Assembly: GCA_964561135.1 (NCBI GenBank)
Contig: CAZLOB010000022.1
Span: 5,718 to 69,717, forward strand
Direction: 5' to 3'
Length of the DNA: 64,000 nt
Source: an uncultured Elusimicrobia bacterium
GTDB lineage: Bacteria > Elusimicrobiota > Endomicrobiia > DTEH01
The notes under the pieces: generated by a model
Told to the model about the DNA's origin: nothing
Databases searched by the model: none
The model's input: the letters and a program-made list of their open reading frames with translations, nothing else
Position numbers and translations under genes: made by a program
Shown: positions 10,081-21,689 of the stretch, piece by piece
Numbering within the stretch: the first letter of the stretch is position 1
Layout: every line of letters starts with the position of its first letter

Positions 10081-10941
10081 ATGAAAATAATTTTGGCAAA
10101 ATACATTGGGTTCTGTAAAGGTGTCAACAGATGTATATCTTTAGTTGAACAAGAAATTAAAAATGGAAACAAAGTTTATGCATTAGGCGAACTTCTTCAT
10201 AACCAACAAGAAATGAAGAGGTTAGAATCGTTAGGTGTAAAAGTAATAAACGATATTAAAGAATTAAAAAGCGTATTTAAAAACATAAGTTTAATAATTC
10301 GTACTCATGGTATTGAAAAAGAAGTGTATCAACAAATTGTATCAAAAAATGGAATAAAAGTTGTGGATGGTACTTGTCCTATCGTAAAAAAAAATCAGGT
10401 TATTGTTGAAAAATACTCAAAGGAAGGATATAATGTAATAATTTTTGGCGATATTGAACATCCTGAAATAAGAGCGTTAATATCGTATATATCAAATAAT
10501 GTTAAAAAATATGTAGTTTCTTCATTAGAAGATATAAAAAAATTAGACATTAGTTATGACAAACCTATTATTGTAATTTCTCAAACAACCAAACCTGTTG
10601 ATGAATACAAAAAAATATGTGATGTTTTAAAAAGAAAATTCAAAAACGTTAAAATATTTAACACAATCTGTAAAGAAACAATTTTAAGAGAACAAGAGAT
10701 TAAAGATTTATCAAAAAAGGTTCACAAAGTTATAGTTATAGGTGGGAAGAATTCTGCAAATACAAAAAAGTTAATTTCTATTGCAAAAAAATATAACAAT
10801 GAAGTTTTTGCTATAAGCTGTGAAGAAGAAGTAAAGAATCTAAAAATTAATGGTTATGAAACAATTGCAATTTTTTCTGGCGCTTCAACACCAAGATGGT
10901 TGATACAAAAAATTGTTAAAAAAATTGAAACTAAAGTATGA
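10081..10941 (+). CDS. ispH: 4-hydroxy-3-methylbut-2-enyl diphosphate reductase
   Basis: GFCKGVNR N-terminal motif, three conserved Cys regions, 286 aa. Confidence 0.88.
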   Translation: MKIILAKYIGFCKGVNRCISLVEQEIKNGNKVYALGELLHNQQEMKRLESLGVKVINDIKELKSVFKNISLIIRTHGIEKEVYQQIVSKNGIKVVDGTCPIVKKNQVIVEKYSKEGYNVIIFGDIEHPEIRALISYISNNVKKYVVSSLEDIKKLDISYDKPIIVISQTTKPVDEYKKICDVLKRKFKNVKIFNTICKETILREQEIKDLSKKVHKVIVIGGKNSANTKKLISIAKKYNNEVFAISCEEEVKNLKINGYETIAIFSGASTPRWLIQKIVKKIETKV

Positions 10942-11864
10942 ATAAAAACGGTATATTAAACATTTTGTTATTATTGATTATTATTCTTATTGGAACTATT
11001 TTGTTTGCCATCAAATTAATAGATAATAACATTAGAACAACTAAAGATTTAAATTTTGTTTATAACTACAACTTGTATCTATTTAATTTAGAAAACAAAG
11101 AAATTGAAGAGTATATTGAAAAAGTAAGATACAAAATTATTAAAAACATAATACCACTTGTTGTTATTCGTTGTAAATACAATCCTTATAAACACAATTT
11201 ATATTTGTTAGCACAGATGATAGGGGCAAATATAGAATCAATCCGTAGTACAAATTATATAGAAGCTATTGGATTGTTATATCCTGGTAAAGAACTTTTG
11301 TTACATAATAAAAAAGGTATGCTTTATAAAATAAAGCAGGACGATGTTTCAGTAAAAACAATAGCAAAAAAGTTTTCAAAAAGTATAAAACAAATTTGTG
11401 AAATAAATGAAATCCCACCAACTTATGTGTTTAAAAAAGGTGAATATGTTTTTTTACCTGATACATATATAAAATTCAAAGATTTTATGCTACCACTTTT
11501 TAACGCAAAGATTACTTCAAAGTTTGGTTGGCGGAAACATCCAATCTTCGGAATATTAAAGTATCACGAAGGAATTGACTTAAAACAAAAATATGGTGCG
11601 CCAGTAAGAGCAGCAGCTGATGGTAAAGTAATTTTTGCCGGCTGGGCAGAAGGATACGGGAAACTTGTTATACTAAAACATCATAAAGATTATACAACTT
11701 ATTACGGACATTTATCAAAAATACGTGTTAAAGTTGGTCAAAGTGTCTATAAAGGACAAATAATTGGTAATGTTGGGGCAACCGGTTGGACAACAGGTCC
11801 ACACCTACATTTTGAGATAAGAAAAAATGGGATCCCTGTTGATCCTAAAAAAATATTGTTTTAA
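10938..11864 (+). CDS. membrane-anchored LysM domain / M23 family metallopeptidase
   Basis: N-terminal TM, LysM (YKIKQDDVSVKTIAKKF), M23 motifs HEGIDL and GPHLHFEIR. Confidence 0.85.
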   Translation: MNKNGILNILLLLIIILIGTILFAIKLIDNNIRTTKDLNFVYNYNLYLFNLENKEIEEYIEKVRYKIIKNIIPLVVIRCKYNPYKHNLYLLAQMIGANIESIRSTNYIEAIGLLYPGKELLLHNKKGMLYKIKQDDVSVKTIAKKFSKSIKQICEINEIPPTYVFKKGEYVFLPDTYIKFKDFMLPLFNAKITSKFGWRKHPIFGILKYHEGIDLKQKYGAPVRAAADGKVIFAGWAEGYGKLVILKHHKDYTTYYGHLSKIRVKVGQSVYKGQIIGNVGATGWTTGPHLHFEIRKNGIPVDPKKILF

Positions 11865-11888
11865 TTATAACAATTTAGGAGGGAGATC

Positions 11889-12203
11889 ATGAAAAAAGGT
11901 ATTCATCCACAATATGTAGAATGTACGGTAACATGTGCCTGTGGATACACTTTCAAAACAAGGTCTACAAAACCTGAGATAAAACTTGAGATATGTGGCA
12001 ATTGTCATCCATATTTTACTGGGAAACAAAAATATGTTGACACTGCTGGTAGAATTGAGAAGTTTATGAAAAAATATGGTGAAAAATTTGATATCACTCA
12101 AAGGAAAAAGAAAACAAAGAAAGAGAAAAAAATAGTTGAGAAAATAAAATCTACTACTGAAAAAATTTTAACAACAAAACCTACTAAGAAAAAGAAAAAA
12201 TAA
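11889..12203 (+). CDS. rpmE: 50S ribosomal protein L31 (zinc-binding type) with lysine-rich C-terminal extension
   Basis: MKKGIHPQY...CxCG...CxxCHPYFTG core. RBS AGGAGGGA at 11877-11884. About 35 extra K-rich residues at the C-terminus. Confidence 0.88.
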   Translation: MKKGIHPQYVECTVTCACGYTFKTRSTKPEIKLEICGNCHPYFTGKQKYVDTAGRIEKFMKKYGEKFDITQRKKKTKKEKKIVEKIKSTTEKILTTKPTKKKKK

Positions 12204-12206
12204 ACT

Positions 12207-13298
12207 ATGTTAGACAAAGAAATAATCAAAAATTGTGAACACTTAATTATAGAAAAAAAAGAGTTAGAACAAAAACTTGCTGATCCTAATATTATTAACA
12301 ACCAACAAGAATATCAAAATATTGTTGCTGAATACAACCGTGTCAACGAAATTGTTTCTGTATACTTACAAATTAAAGATTTGGAAAACAAAGTTGACGA
12401 ACTTAAAAAAGAATTAAAAAGTTCTACTGATACAGAATATAGTATGTTAGTAGAAGAAGAGATTGAAAAGTTGAGTAAAGAAACTGCTGAGTTAGAACAA
12501 AAATTGCTAGACCTTTTTCTACCCGAAGATCCTAACGAGAAAAAGAATGTGATACTTGAGATACGTGCAGGTACAGGCGGTGAAGAAGCAGCGTTGTTTG
12601 CATACGATTTGTTTAGGATGTACAGCAAATATTGTGCTAAAAAAGGCTGGAAAATAGAAGTTTTAGATATCAACCAGACGGAACTTAAAGGAATAAAGGA
12701 AGTTATATGTTATATTTCTGGTAAAGATGTATACAAATATTTACAGTTTGAAAGTGGAGTACATAGGGTTCAACGTGTACCTATAACAGAATCTTCCGGT
12801 AGAATCCACACTTCAGCTGCAACTGTTGCTGTTTTACCAGAAGCAGAAGATGTTGAGATAGAAATAAAACCTGACGATATTGAGATAGAAACATTTCGTG
12901 CTTCAGGTCATGGAGGACAACACTTACAAAAAACTGAATCTGCAGTAAGGATACGGCATAAACCAACAGGTATTGTTGTTCAATGTCAAGACGAACGTTC
13001 ACAATTAAAGAACCGTGAACGCGCATTAAAAATTTTAAAAGCAAGATTGTACGACTTAAAACTACAACAGCAACAACAAGAAATTGCTAAGTTAAGAAAA
13101 TCACAGGTAAAATCTGGAGACAGGTCTGAAAAAATACGGACATACAATTTTCCACAAAACCGTGTAACTGATCATAGAATAAATTTAACTTTATATAATT
13201 TACAAGAAGTTCTAGATGGTGAGTTAGACGAGATTATTGACAATTTAATCAAAGTTAGGCTGAAAGAAAAAATTGCTGAGTTTCTTTATAACAAATGA
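12207..13298 (+). CDS. prfA: peptide chain release factor 1
   Basis: PxT-type recognition motif (VPITE), GGQ motif [10 protein letters not shown], 363 aa, followed by prmC. Confidence 0.92.
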   Translation: MLDKEIIKNCEHLIIEKKELEQKLADPNIINNQQEYQNIVAEYNRVNEIVSVYLQIKDLENKVDELKKELKSSTDTEYSMLVEEEIEKLSKETAELEQKLLDLFLPEDPNEKKNVILEIRAGTGGEEAALFAYDLFRMYSKYCAKKGWKIEVLDINQTELKGIKEVICYISGKDVYKYLQFESGVHRVQRVPITESSGRIHTSAATVAVLPEAEDVEIEIKPDDIEIETFRASGHGGQHLQKTESAVRIRHKPTGIVVQCQDERSQLKNRERALKILKARLYDLKLQQQQQEIAKLRKSQVKSGDRSEKIRTYNFPQNRVTDHRINLTLYNLQEVLDGELDEIIDNLIKVRLKEKIAEFLYNK

Positions 13299-14140
13299 AC
13301 ACGATAAACGAAATTTATATTGATATATACAACAAACTGAAAAACTTTACTTCAGCACGTATTGAAACAGAACTGATTATATCAAAAACTTTAAATTTAG
13401 ATAAAATAAAAATTTATGTTTATCCTGAAAAAAAACTTAACGAAAAAGAACTTAAGTTGATTTATAAAAATCTTAACTTGAGGCTAAATCGTATACCACT
13501 TGAATATATATTTTGTGAAAAAGAATTTTTTGGTTTTAATTTTTATGTTGACAAAAACGTTTTGATACCACGGCAAGAAACAGAGTTTTTAGTAGAGGAA
13601 GCAATTAAGTTAATATCTTGTTACAAACTTAAAAAAATAGCTGACATTGGTACTGGTTGTGGTAATATCGCGATAAGTATCATTAAAAACATACAAACAA
13701 AAATCAAAATATATGCTACAGATATTTCAAAAGAAGCGATAAATGTCGCAAAAAAGAATGCAACGATGCATAATGTTTTAAACAAAATAGAGTTTGTTTT
13801 AACTGATAAACTAAAATATTTTTTAGATAATTCTATTATATTAGACATGATTGTTTCAAACCCGCCATATGTTACTGAAGAAGAGTATAAAAATCTTCAG
13901 CCAGAGATATATTATGAACCAAAAATTGCGTTAGTTTCGCCGACAGGGTTAGAATTTTATTCATATTTTGCCAAACATAGTAAAAAAGTTTTAAAAGAAA
14001 ATGGATTTTTAGTACTTGAATTGAACCCGAATTTATACAAAGAAATTTGCAACATATTTAAAGAAAATAAATTTTGTATTTATAAAACTATTTATGATTA
14101 CCAAAATCTACCACGTGTTATTGTAGTAAAAAACAATTAG
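13295..14140 (+). CDS. prmC: release factor glutamine N5-methyltransferase (HemK/PrmC)
   Basis: NPPY motif (VSNPPYV), SAM-binding [13 protein letters not shown] overlap with prfA. Confidence 0.88.
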   Translation: MNTINEIYIDIYNKLKNFTSARIETELIISKTLNLDKIKIYVYPEKKLNEKELKLIYKNLNLRLNRIPLEYIFCEKEFFGFNFYVDKNVLIPRQETEFLVEEAIKLISCYKLKKIADIGTGCGNIAISIIKNIQTKIKIYATDISKEAINVAKKNATMHNVLNKIEFVLTDKLKYFLDNSIILDMIVSNPPYVTEEEYKNLQPEIYYEPKIALVSPTGLEFYSYFAKHSKKVLKENGFLVLELNPNLYKEICNIFKENKFCIYKTIYDYQNLPRVIVVKNN

Positions 14141-14144
14141 TTTT

Positions 14145-15428
14145 ATGGAAAAATATATAATTGAAGGTGGATACAGGTTACAAGGAAAAATAACTATCTC
14201 TGGTTCAAAAAATGCTTCATTACCTATCCTTATTGCTACATTATTAACAGATAACAAAGTTGTCCTTCATAATATACCAAAGTTGAAGGATGTTGAGACA
14301 ACAATTTCAATAATAGAATTTTTAGGGAAAAAAGTTATTTGGCAAAACAATTCCACATTAGTTGTTACACAAAACAAATCGCCAATAAAAGAAAAAGATT
14401 TTGTTGTAGCACCATATGAACTAATAAAAAAAATGAGGGCAAGTTTTCTTGTCTCAGGTGCGTTATTAGCAAATTATGAGAAAGTTAAGACAGCTTTACC
14501 AGGCGGATGTGCAATAGGTGTCCGCCCTGTTGATATTCATATTAAAGCTTTTGAAGATTTAGGTATTGAACATTATATAGATTCTGGATATGAAGTTTTT
14601 ATAAAGAAAAAAAACATACCTAAAAAAAGAGTGATAAAATTTCGTTATCCATCAGTTGGTGCTACAGAAAATGTTTTAATGTTTTTATCAAAAGTACCAA
14701 AACAAGTTACAATAGTAAACGCTGCGTGCGAACCTGAAATTGTAGACTTAGCAAACTTTTTAAAAAAATTAGGTGTAGAAATTGAAGGTGCAGGAACACA
14801 TGTTATAAAAGTTGTTGGTTGTAAAAAATTCATCTCAGGTGATATTGAACATACTGTAATACCTGACAGGATTGAAGCAGGAACATTTATTATAGCAGCA
14901 GCAATAACAAAAGGTGAAATAGAACTTTATAACATTCAACCTCAACATCTTACTTTTGTAATAAATAAATTGCGCAAGTGCGGATTAACAATTGAATTAG
15001 AAGATAACAAAATATATGTAGTATGGAAAAAAAACTTAAAGCCACAAAATATCATAACACGCCCTTACCCATATTTTCCAACAGACCTACAAGCACAATA
15101 TATGGCACTTATGTGTACATTAAAAGGAAGTTGTATAATAAAAGAAACTATTTTTGAGAATAGGTTTCTGCATGTTGGTGAACTTCTTCGTATGGGTGCA
15201 AACATCGTTGTTGAAGACCGAAAAGCAATAATTTATGGTGTTGAAAAACTTAAAGGTGCGGAGGTAATGGTTTCTGATTTAAGGGCAGGTGCTGGATTGG
15301 TATTAGCAGCGCTTGCAGCCGAAGGTATCTCAAAAATATCTCATATTTACCACCTTGATCGCGGATATGAAAAATTAGAAGAAAAAATTTCATCTTTAGG
15401 AGGAAAAATAAAACGTATTGATGAATAA
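14145..15428 (+). CDS. murA: UDP-N-acetylglucosamine 1-carboxyvinyltransferase
   Basis: 427 aa, GSKNASLP N-terminal motif, active-site Cys region LPGGCAIG. Confidence 0.92.
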   Translation: MEKYIIEGGYRLQGKITISGSKNASLPILIATLLTDNKVVLHNIPKLKDVETTISIIEFLGKKVIWQNNSTLVVTQNKSPIKEKDFVVAPYELIKKMRASFLVSGALLANYEKVKTALPGGCAIGVRPVDIHIKAFEDLGIEHYIDSGYEVFIKKKNIPKKRVIKFRYPSVGATENVLMFLSKVPKQVTIVNAACEPEIVDLANFLKKLGVEIEGAGTHVIKVVGCKKFISGDIEHTVIPDRIEAGTFIIAAAITKGEIELYNIQPQHLTFVINKLRKCGLTIELEDNKIYVVWKKNLKPQNIITRPYPYFPTDLQAQYMALMCTLKGSCIIKETIFENRFLHVGELLRMGANIVVEDRKAIIYGVEKLKGAEVMVSDLRAGAGLVLAALAAEGISKISHIYHLDRGYEKLEEKISSLGGKIKRIDE

Positions 15429-16611
15429 CCAAGATATATCTTTAAAAGTAAAAAAAATAATAGAAGATGTTAAAAAATATGGTGACACTGCAATTTTAAA
15501 ATACACACGATTGTTTGATGGTATCAAAAATTTTTCATTAAAAGATATAAAAGTAGAAATCAAAAATTTGCCAAAAATAGACGATGTATTGTTTAAACGT
15601 TCAATAACTTTTGCAATCAATAATGTTAAAAAGTTTCATCAAGCTGAATTAAGAAATATAAAAAAGTTTTGGTTAACAAAATATAACAACATTGTTGCTG
15701 GCCAAAAATTGTTGCCAGTGGAATCTGTTGGTATTTATATACCTGGTGGAAGATATGGGTATAATTATGTTTCAACATTAATTATGACAGTGATACCGGC
15801 ACAAGTTGCAAATGTTAAAAAAATTGTTGTTGTAACACCACCTAAAAATGTCACAAATTATTTTTTATACACTGCTTATTTGTTAAAAATAAAAGAAATT
15901 TACAAAATTGGTGGAGCACAAGCTATCGCTGCGTTAGCGTTCGGTACAGAAACTATACCAAAAGTTGATTTAATAATAGGTCCTGGTAATATTTGGGTAA
16001 GCGAAGCAAAAAGACAACTTGTAGGTTTTGTTGGTATAGATCTTATTGCTGGACCTTCAGAAGTTGTTGTTGTAGCAGATAATTCTTATCCTGTAGAACC
16101 AATTGCTTATGAATTACTTGCTCAAGCTGAACATGACAAAAATGCAAAAAGTTATTTATTAGCATTTGACCAATCTATAATTGAGAAAGTTAAAAATTAT
16201 GTTTTATCAAATGCGAAAGAATTAATTTCACAAATACAATTTAAATATGTTAAAGATATCAACTCTGTAGTAAGTATAATCAATCAAATTGCGCCTGAAC
16301 ATTTGACTTTGTTCACAAAAAAACAAAATTTTATTTTACCAAAGATAAAAAATGTTGGGGCAATATTTTTTGGCAATAATCCTTCAGCAGTTTTCGGCGA
16401 TTATATTGCAGGACCTTCACATGTCCTACCAACAGATACTACAGCAAGATTTTCTTCTGGTTTGTCAGTATTGACTTTTTTAAAAAAAATTAGTTTAATT
16501 AATTTTTCTGTTAACACAACAAAAATGTTGTCAAAATATACTTCTAAACTTGCAGAAATTGAGGGGATGTATTGGCATAAAAAAAGAGTAGATTATGGCA
16601 AGGAAAGTTAA
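15418..16611 (+). CDS. hisD: histidinol dehydrogenase
   Basis: HisD family motifs (IYIPGGRYGY, AQAEHD, GPSHVLPT). 11-nt overlap with murA. Confidence 0.85.
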   Translation: MMNNQDISLKVKKIIEDVKKYGDTAILKYTRLFDGIKNFSLKDIKVEIKNLPKIDDVLFKRSITFAINNVKKFHQAELRNIKKFWLTKYNNIVAGQKLLPVESVGIYIPGGRYGYNYVSTLIMTVIPAQVANVKKIVVVTPPKNVTNYFLYTAYLLKIKEIYKIGGAQAIAALAFGTETIPKVDLIIGPGNIWVSEAKRQLVGFVGIDLIAGPSEVVVVADNSYPVEPIAYELLAQAEHDKNAKSYLLAFDQSIIEKVKNYVLSNAKELISQIQFKYVKDINSVVSIINQIAPEHLTLFTKKQNFILPKIKNVGAIFFGNNPSAVFGDYIAGPSHVLPTDTTARFSSGLSVLTFLKKISLINFSVNTTKMLSKYTSKLAEIEGMYWHKKRVDYGKES

Positions 16612-17182
16612 ATTACAAAGAGTAACAAAAGAAACAAAAGTTAAATTAGAACTTAATTTAGATGGTAAAGGAAAATATAAAATTTATACTTCCATACCTT
16701 TTTTAGACCATATGTTGGAACAATTTAGTTTACACAGCGGGTTTGACCTATATCTTGTAGCATCTGGCGATATTTATATTGATGACCATCATCTTGTTGA
16801 GGATATAGGTATTGTATTAGGTCAGGCTTTTTTAAAAGCATTAAAAGATAAAAAAGGTATTCTACGATATGGACAAATTTTATCTCCGATGGACGAATCT
16901 TTATCTTACATTGTTGTTGACATTTCAGGCAGACCATATCTAGATTATAAAGTAAAGTTTTTACCTGAATATAAAAAATCGTCTTTTGATTACAGGTTAA
17001 TAAAAGAGTTTTTTAAATCTTTTGTTAACGAAGCAAAGATTACATTACATATAAAACTTCTTCAAGGAAAAGATAATCACCATATATGTGAATCAATTTT
17101 CAAAGGTGTAGCACGTGTATTGAAAAATGCTGTACAATTAAGTAAAAATAAAAATTTGTTATCTACAAAAGGAATTATATAA
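16595..17182 (+). CDS. hisB: imidazoleglycerol-phosphate dehydratase
   Basis: 195 aa IGPD with duplicated metal motifs (DDHH..., HHICESIFKGVARV). Confidence 0.88.
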   Translation: MARKVKLQRVTKETKVKLELNLDGKGKYKIYTSIPFLDHMLEQFSLHSGFDLYLVASGDIYIDDHHLVEDIGIVLGQAFLKALKDKKGILRYGQILSPMDESLSYIVVDISGRPYLDYKVKFLPEYKKSSFDYRLIKEFFKSFVNEAKITLHIKLLQGKDNHHICESIFKGVARVLKNAVQLSKNKNLLSTKGII

Positions 17183-17185
17183 TTA

Positions 17186-18769
17186 ATGAAGAAAAAAATA
17201 GAAATTTTTGATACAACATTACGCGATGGTGCACAAACACCGTCAGTAAGTTTTTCTGTCTCAGACAAAATTAAAATAGCAAAACTTTTAGATGAACTCG
17301 GTGTTGACTATATAGAAGGGGGTTGGCCTGGAAGTAACCCTAAAGATATAGAATTTTTTAAACAAGCAAAAAATTTAAAACTTAAAACTGCAAAAATTGT
17401 TGCTTTTGGTTCTACAAGAAGAAAAAATATAAAACCATATGAAGATCAAAACCTTGCTGCAATAATTTCTTCAGGTGTATCCATTGCATGTATTTTTGGT
17501 AAAACATGGCGATTACATGTAGAAAAAGCTTTAGAAACAACATTGCAAGAAAATCTTAAAATGATTTATGATTCTATAAAATTTCTAAAAGAACACAAAC
17601 TTAAAGTAATATATGACGCAGAACATTTTTTTGACGGTTATAAATCAGACAGAAATTATGCGTTAAAATGTTTGTTGACAGCATATCAAGCAGGGGCTGA
17701 TTGTCTTGTGTTAGCAGACACAAACGGTGGTTCTCTTCCAACAGAAGTGAAACAAATTGTATCTGAGGTTATAAATTTTTTGAAAACTAAAAATATAAAA
17801 GTAAAACTTGGAATACATGCACATAACGATTCTGACTGTGCTGTAGCGAATACTATTGTAGCTGTTGAAAGTGGTTGTGAACATGTTCAAGGGACAATAA
17901 ATGGTTTAGGTGAACGTTGTGGTAATGCAAACCTTTGTTCAGTGATTCCTGCGTTAATGCTTAAACTTAACTACGATGTTATACCTAAAGAAAATCTTAA
18001 AAAACTTACTGAAATATCGTTAGAAATTTACGAAATTGCTAATCTTATACCTAATGATAGACAACCATATGTTGGTAGGTCAGCTTTTGCTCATAAAGGA
18101 GGTGTTCATGCGTCAGCTGTTGCAAAAGATGTTCGTTCGTATGAACATATAAATCCTGAACTTGTAGGTAATAAACGAAAAATTTTAATCTCAGAACTTG
18201 CTGGTAAGTCAAGTTTGTTATTCTACAAAAAATTTTTAGATTTAGAGATAACCGAAGAAGAAATTGCTAAGATTATAAAAGTTGTTAAACAAAAAGAGTA
18301 TGATGGATATTCATATGAAAATGCTGAAGGATCATTTTTAATTTTAACTGCGAAAGTTCTTAACAGATACAAAGATTTCTTTAAAGTAAAAGGATTTAGA
18401 GTTATCATAGAATACAAAGAAGAAAAAAATGAAATTGTAACAGAAGCAACATTAAAACTTGAAATTGATGGTAACCAAGAACATGTTGTAGCTGAAGGTG
18501 ATGGTCCAGTAAACGCGTTGGATAACGCTTTAAGAAAAGCGTTAATAAAATATTATCCATCATTAAAAGAAGTAAAACTTACTGATTTTAAAGTACGTGT
18601 GGTAAATCCTCAAGCAGGTACTGCTGCAAAAGTACGTGTTAGTATTGAATCAATGGCAAAAAATGAATTGTGGTCAACAGTTGGTGTTTCAGAAAATATT
18701 ATAGAAGCTTCATGGGAAGCGTTGCGTGATGCTGTAGAATATTATCTGTTTAAAAAATCTAAACAATGA
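17186..18769 (+). CDS. 2-isopropylmalate synthase / (R)-citramalate synthase family protein with C-terminal LeuA-dimer regulatory domain
   Basis: DRE-TIM barrel (FDTTLRDGAQ, HAHND, HxH) plus C-terminal LeuA_dimer domain. Adjacent to ilvD and ilvB with no leuBCD nearby, so citramalate synthase (CimA) is plausible. Substrate not decidable from sequence. Confidence 0.8.
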   Translation: MKKKIEIFDTTLRDGAQTPSVSFSVSDKIKIAKLLDELGVDYIEGGWPGSNPKDIEFFKQAKNLKLKTAKIVAFGSTRRKNIKPYEDQNLAAIISSGVSIACIFGKTWRLHVEKALETTLQENLKMIYDSIKFLKEHKLKVIYDAEHFFDGYKSDRNYALKCLLTAYQAGADCLVLADTNGGSLPTEVKQIVSEVINFLKTKNIKVKLGIHAHNDSDCAVANTIVAVESGCEHVQGTINGLGERCGNANLCSVIPALMLKLNYDVIPKENLKKLTEISLEIYEIANLIPNDRQPYVGRSAFAHKGGVHASAVAKDVRSYEHINPELVGNKRKILISELAGKSSLLFYKKFLDLEITEEEIAKIIKVVKQKEYDGYSYENAEGSFLILTAKVLNRYKDFFKVKGFRVIIEYKEEKNEIVTEATLKLEIDGNQEHVVAEGDGPVNALDNALRKALIKYYPSLKEVKLTDFKVRVVNPQAGTAAKVRVSIESMAKNELWSTVGVSENIIEASWEALRDAVEYYLFKKSKQ

Positions 18770-18854
18770 AATTTCATTTTCAACTTTAACTTATAAATTT
18801 TTGCGTGTTAATTCTAAGAGCGATTTTTATATTATTTTCATTAAAATTTTCATA

Positions 18855-18862
18855 AAGAGGGG
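18855..18862 (+). promoter_or_regulatory. ribosome binding site for ilvD (AAGAGGGG)
   Basis: SD-like purine tract 8 nt upstream of the ATG at 18871, in a 100-nt intergenic gap. Confidence 0.5.
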
Positions 18863-18870
18863 AACTAAAT

Positions 18871-20595
18871 ATGAAAAGGGGGAGAAAAAAGAAAGTTTTA
18901 CCACTAAAACCTATTGAGTTAATAAGTAACCAAATAAAAAAATCTCCAACCAGAGCGCCACACAGGGCACTTTTATATGCCACAGGTATTTCTTCATCAG
19001 ATTTATCCAAACCTTTTATTGGCATAGCGTCAGCATATAGCGATATTGTACCAGGTCATATACACCTTCGTGAGCTTGAACGATGGATTGAACGAGGTGT
19101 TGCAGAAGCAGGTGGTGTACCATTTGTCTTCGGTATACCAGGCATATGTGATGGTATTGCGATGGGTCATAGTGGTATGCATTATTCATTACCTTCAAGA
19201 GAACTTATTGCTGATTCTATTGAATCTATGGTAAAAGCACATTGCTTTGATGGTATTGTGTTGTTAACCAACTGTGACAAAATTACGCCTGGGATGATTA
19301 TGGGTGCAGTAAGAGTAAACGTTAACATACCAATGATAGTTGTGACAGGCGGTCCGATGCTTGCTGGATATTATAAAGGTAAAAGAAGATCGTTAGTAAG
19401 AGACACTTTTGAAGCTGTAGGCCTTTATGAAGCAGGCAAAATTTCGTTAGAAGAACTATACCAGCTTGAATGTGCAGCATGTCCAACAGCAGGTTCCTGC
19501 CAAGGACTTTATACTGCGAACACAATGGCATGTTTGTCTGAAGCAATGGGTTTATCATTACCATATTGTGCGACAACACCAGCTGTCTCTGCAGAGAAAA
19601 AACGTATTGCTTATGAATCAGGTAAACGTATTGTACAAATGGTTTATGAAAACTTAACTCCGTTAAAAATTTTGTCTTATAACTCAATTTATAACGCAAT
19701 TGTAGTTGATGCTGCACTCGGTGGTTCAACAAATACTATATTACATCTAAAAGCTATCGCATATGAAGCAGGGATTAGATTTGATTTAAAACTTTTTGAC
19801 GATGTTTCAAAAATTGTACCAAATATAGTAAGATTAGAACCCGCTGGTGATTATTATATGGAAGATCTACATAAAGCTGGCGGAATACCAGCGGTACTAA
19901 ACGTTTTACAAAAGTATCTCAAAAGTGCACTCACTGTTACAGGAAAAAATATTCTTGAGATTGCAAGTTTAGGAAAAGTTGAAGATGAAGAAATTATACG
20001 GTATAAAAACCCTTATTCTACTGAAGGTGGTTTAGCTATATTGTATGGCAACCTTGCACCAGAAGGTGCTGTAGTTAAACAATCAGCTGTTTTACCAAAT
20101 ATGAGGAAATTTGTTGGTCCTGCAGTAGTGTTTGATTCTGAACAATCTGCTATGAACGCTATTTTGAACAAAAAAATTAAAAAAGGTGATGTTATAGTGA
20201 TACGTTATGAAGGTCCTAAAGGTGGGCCAGGAATGAGGGAGATGTTAGGTCCTACAAGTGTTATTCAAGGAATGGGATTAGCTGATAAAGTAGCTTTAAT
20301 CACTGATGGTAGGTTCTCAGGTGGCACTCGGGGGCCGTGTATCGGCCATGTTTCACCTGAAGCTGCTGCTGGTGGACCTATTGGTGTGATCCAAAATGGT
20401 GATATAATCGAAATTGATATTCCAAACAGAAAACTTAATGTTCGTCTTACTGATACAGAACTTAACTCAAGGTTAGCAAAGTTTCAAGGTGAGCTTGAAA
20501 CAAGAGAAAAAAAGTTTAAAACAGGTTGGCTTGCAAGATATGTTGAATTTGTTACTTCTGCATCTGAAGGTGCTGTGTTAAAACCTAGAAAATGA
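18871..20595 (+). CDS. ilvD: dihydroxy-acid dehydratase
   Basis: 574 aa, [16 protein letters not shown] and Cys cluster. RBS AAGAGGGG at 18855-18862. Confidence 0.92.
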   Translation: MKRGRKKKVLPLKPIELISNQIKKSPTRAPHRALLYATGISSSDLSKPFIGIASAYSDIVPGHIHLRELERWIERGVAEAGGVPFVFGIPGICDGIAMGHSGMHYSLPSRELIADSIESMVKAHCFDGIVLLTNCDKITPGMIMGAVRVNVNIPMIVVTGGPMLAGYYKGKRRSLVRDTFEAVGLYEAGKISLEELYQLECAACPTAGSCQGLYTANTMACLSEAMGLSLPYCATTPAVSAEKKRIAYESGKRIVQMVYENLTPLKILSYNSIYNAIVVDAALGGSTNTILHLKAIAYEAGIRFDLKLFDDVSKIVPNIVRLEPAGDYYMEDLHKAGGIPAVLNVLQKYLKSALTVTGKNILEIASLGKVEDEEIIRYKNPYSTEGGLAILYGNLAPEGAVVKQSAVLPNMRKFVGPAVVFDSEQSAMNAILNKKIKKGDVIVIRYEGPKGGPGMREMLGPTSVIQGMGLADKVALITDGRFSGGTRGPCIGHVSPEAAAGGPIGVIQNGDIIEIDIPNRKLNVRLTDTELNSRLAKFQGELETREKKFKTGWLARYVEFVTSASEGAVLKPRK

Positions 20596-21680
20596 AAGTT
20601 GTGCAATGGAATACAGCAAAAGTGTTAGGCGGCGCTGAATTAAGAACATTAGAACTTACAAAAGCTTTAATAAAAAAAGGTCATCAGGTATATATAATCT
20701 GTAGAAAGAATTCGTTCTTTGAAAATAAATTAAAACAAGAGCATATGAATATTATAGCTTACAAAAATCCATTTGTGGGATTCATTAAAATCTTAGTCTT
20801 TCTAAAAAATTGGAAACCAGATATTATTCATGTGCACTCAGGGAAAGATTATGCCATATCTATAATTCTAGGTATGTTAAACTCAATACCTGTTGTGATA
20901 CACAGGCGTCTTATGTCAAAAGTAAACCCAATAACTAAGTTTTTAATAAATAATTGGAAGACAAAAATTATCGCTATTTCAAAGGCTACAAAAGAAATTT
21001 TAATAAAAGAAAATAAATTTGAGGAAGAAAAAATAGAACTCGTATATAACGCAATACCACAAGAAAGATTAAAGTTTGACTCAGATAAAATAATCCAACT
21101 TCAACATCATTTTGATAAAAAAAATAAAAAAATTGATTTAAGTGTAGGTAATCTTTATCCTACAAAAGGATTTGAAGAATTAATAAAAGTTGCAAAAATC
21201 TTAAAAGAAAAAATAAAAAACTTGCTTGTTTTAATTGCTGGGGAGGGTGAAGAAAGAAAAAAATTGGAAAAATTAATAATCCAATACAATTTGTCTGACA
21301 CAGTTAAACTTTTAGGATTTAGGAATGATGTTATAGAATTGTTAAAAATTTGTGATTGTTTTGTATTGTTATCATATGAGGAACCTTTTGGAGTAGCATT
21401 TATTGAAGCGCTAGGGTGTGGGAAACCAGTGGTAGGGTATCGATGTGGTGGTCTCCCTGAGATAATTGCTGATAACGAAGTCGGGTATTTGGTTGAACCA
21501 CACGATATTAATGCTGTATGTGAAAAGTTAGAAAAAATTTTGCTTGATGAAGAACTTGCTAAAAAATTGGGCACAAACGCGAAAAGATATTTTGATTGTA
21601 AATTTAGTTTTAATAATATGATTGAAAAAATTGAAAATATATTCTACGAATTAAAAAATTTGACTAACAATAAGGAGTAA
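20592..21680 (+). CDS. glycosyltransferase family 4 (GT-B, RfaG-like)
   Basis: GT4 C-terminal motifs ([25 protein letters not shown]). ATGA overlap with ilvD. Confidence 0.8.
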   Translation: MKVVQWNTAKVLGGAELRTLELTKALIKKGHQVYIICRKNSFFENKLKQEHMNIIAYKNPFVGFIKILVFLKNWKPDIIHVHSGKDYAISIILGMLNSIPVVIHRRLMSKVNPITKFLINNWKTKIIAISKATKEILIKENKFEEEKIELVYNAIPQERLKFDSDKIIQLQHHFDKKNKKIDLSVGNLYPTKGFEELIKVAKILKEKIKNLLVLIAGEGEERKKLEKLIIQYNLSDTVKLLGFRNDVIELLKICDCFVLLSYEEPFGVAFIEALGCGKPVVGYRCGGLPEIIADNEVGYLVEPHDINAVCEKLEKILLDEELAKKLGTNAKRYFDCKFSFNNMIEKIENIFYELKNLTNNKE

Positions 21681-21689
21681 GAATTAGCA

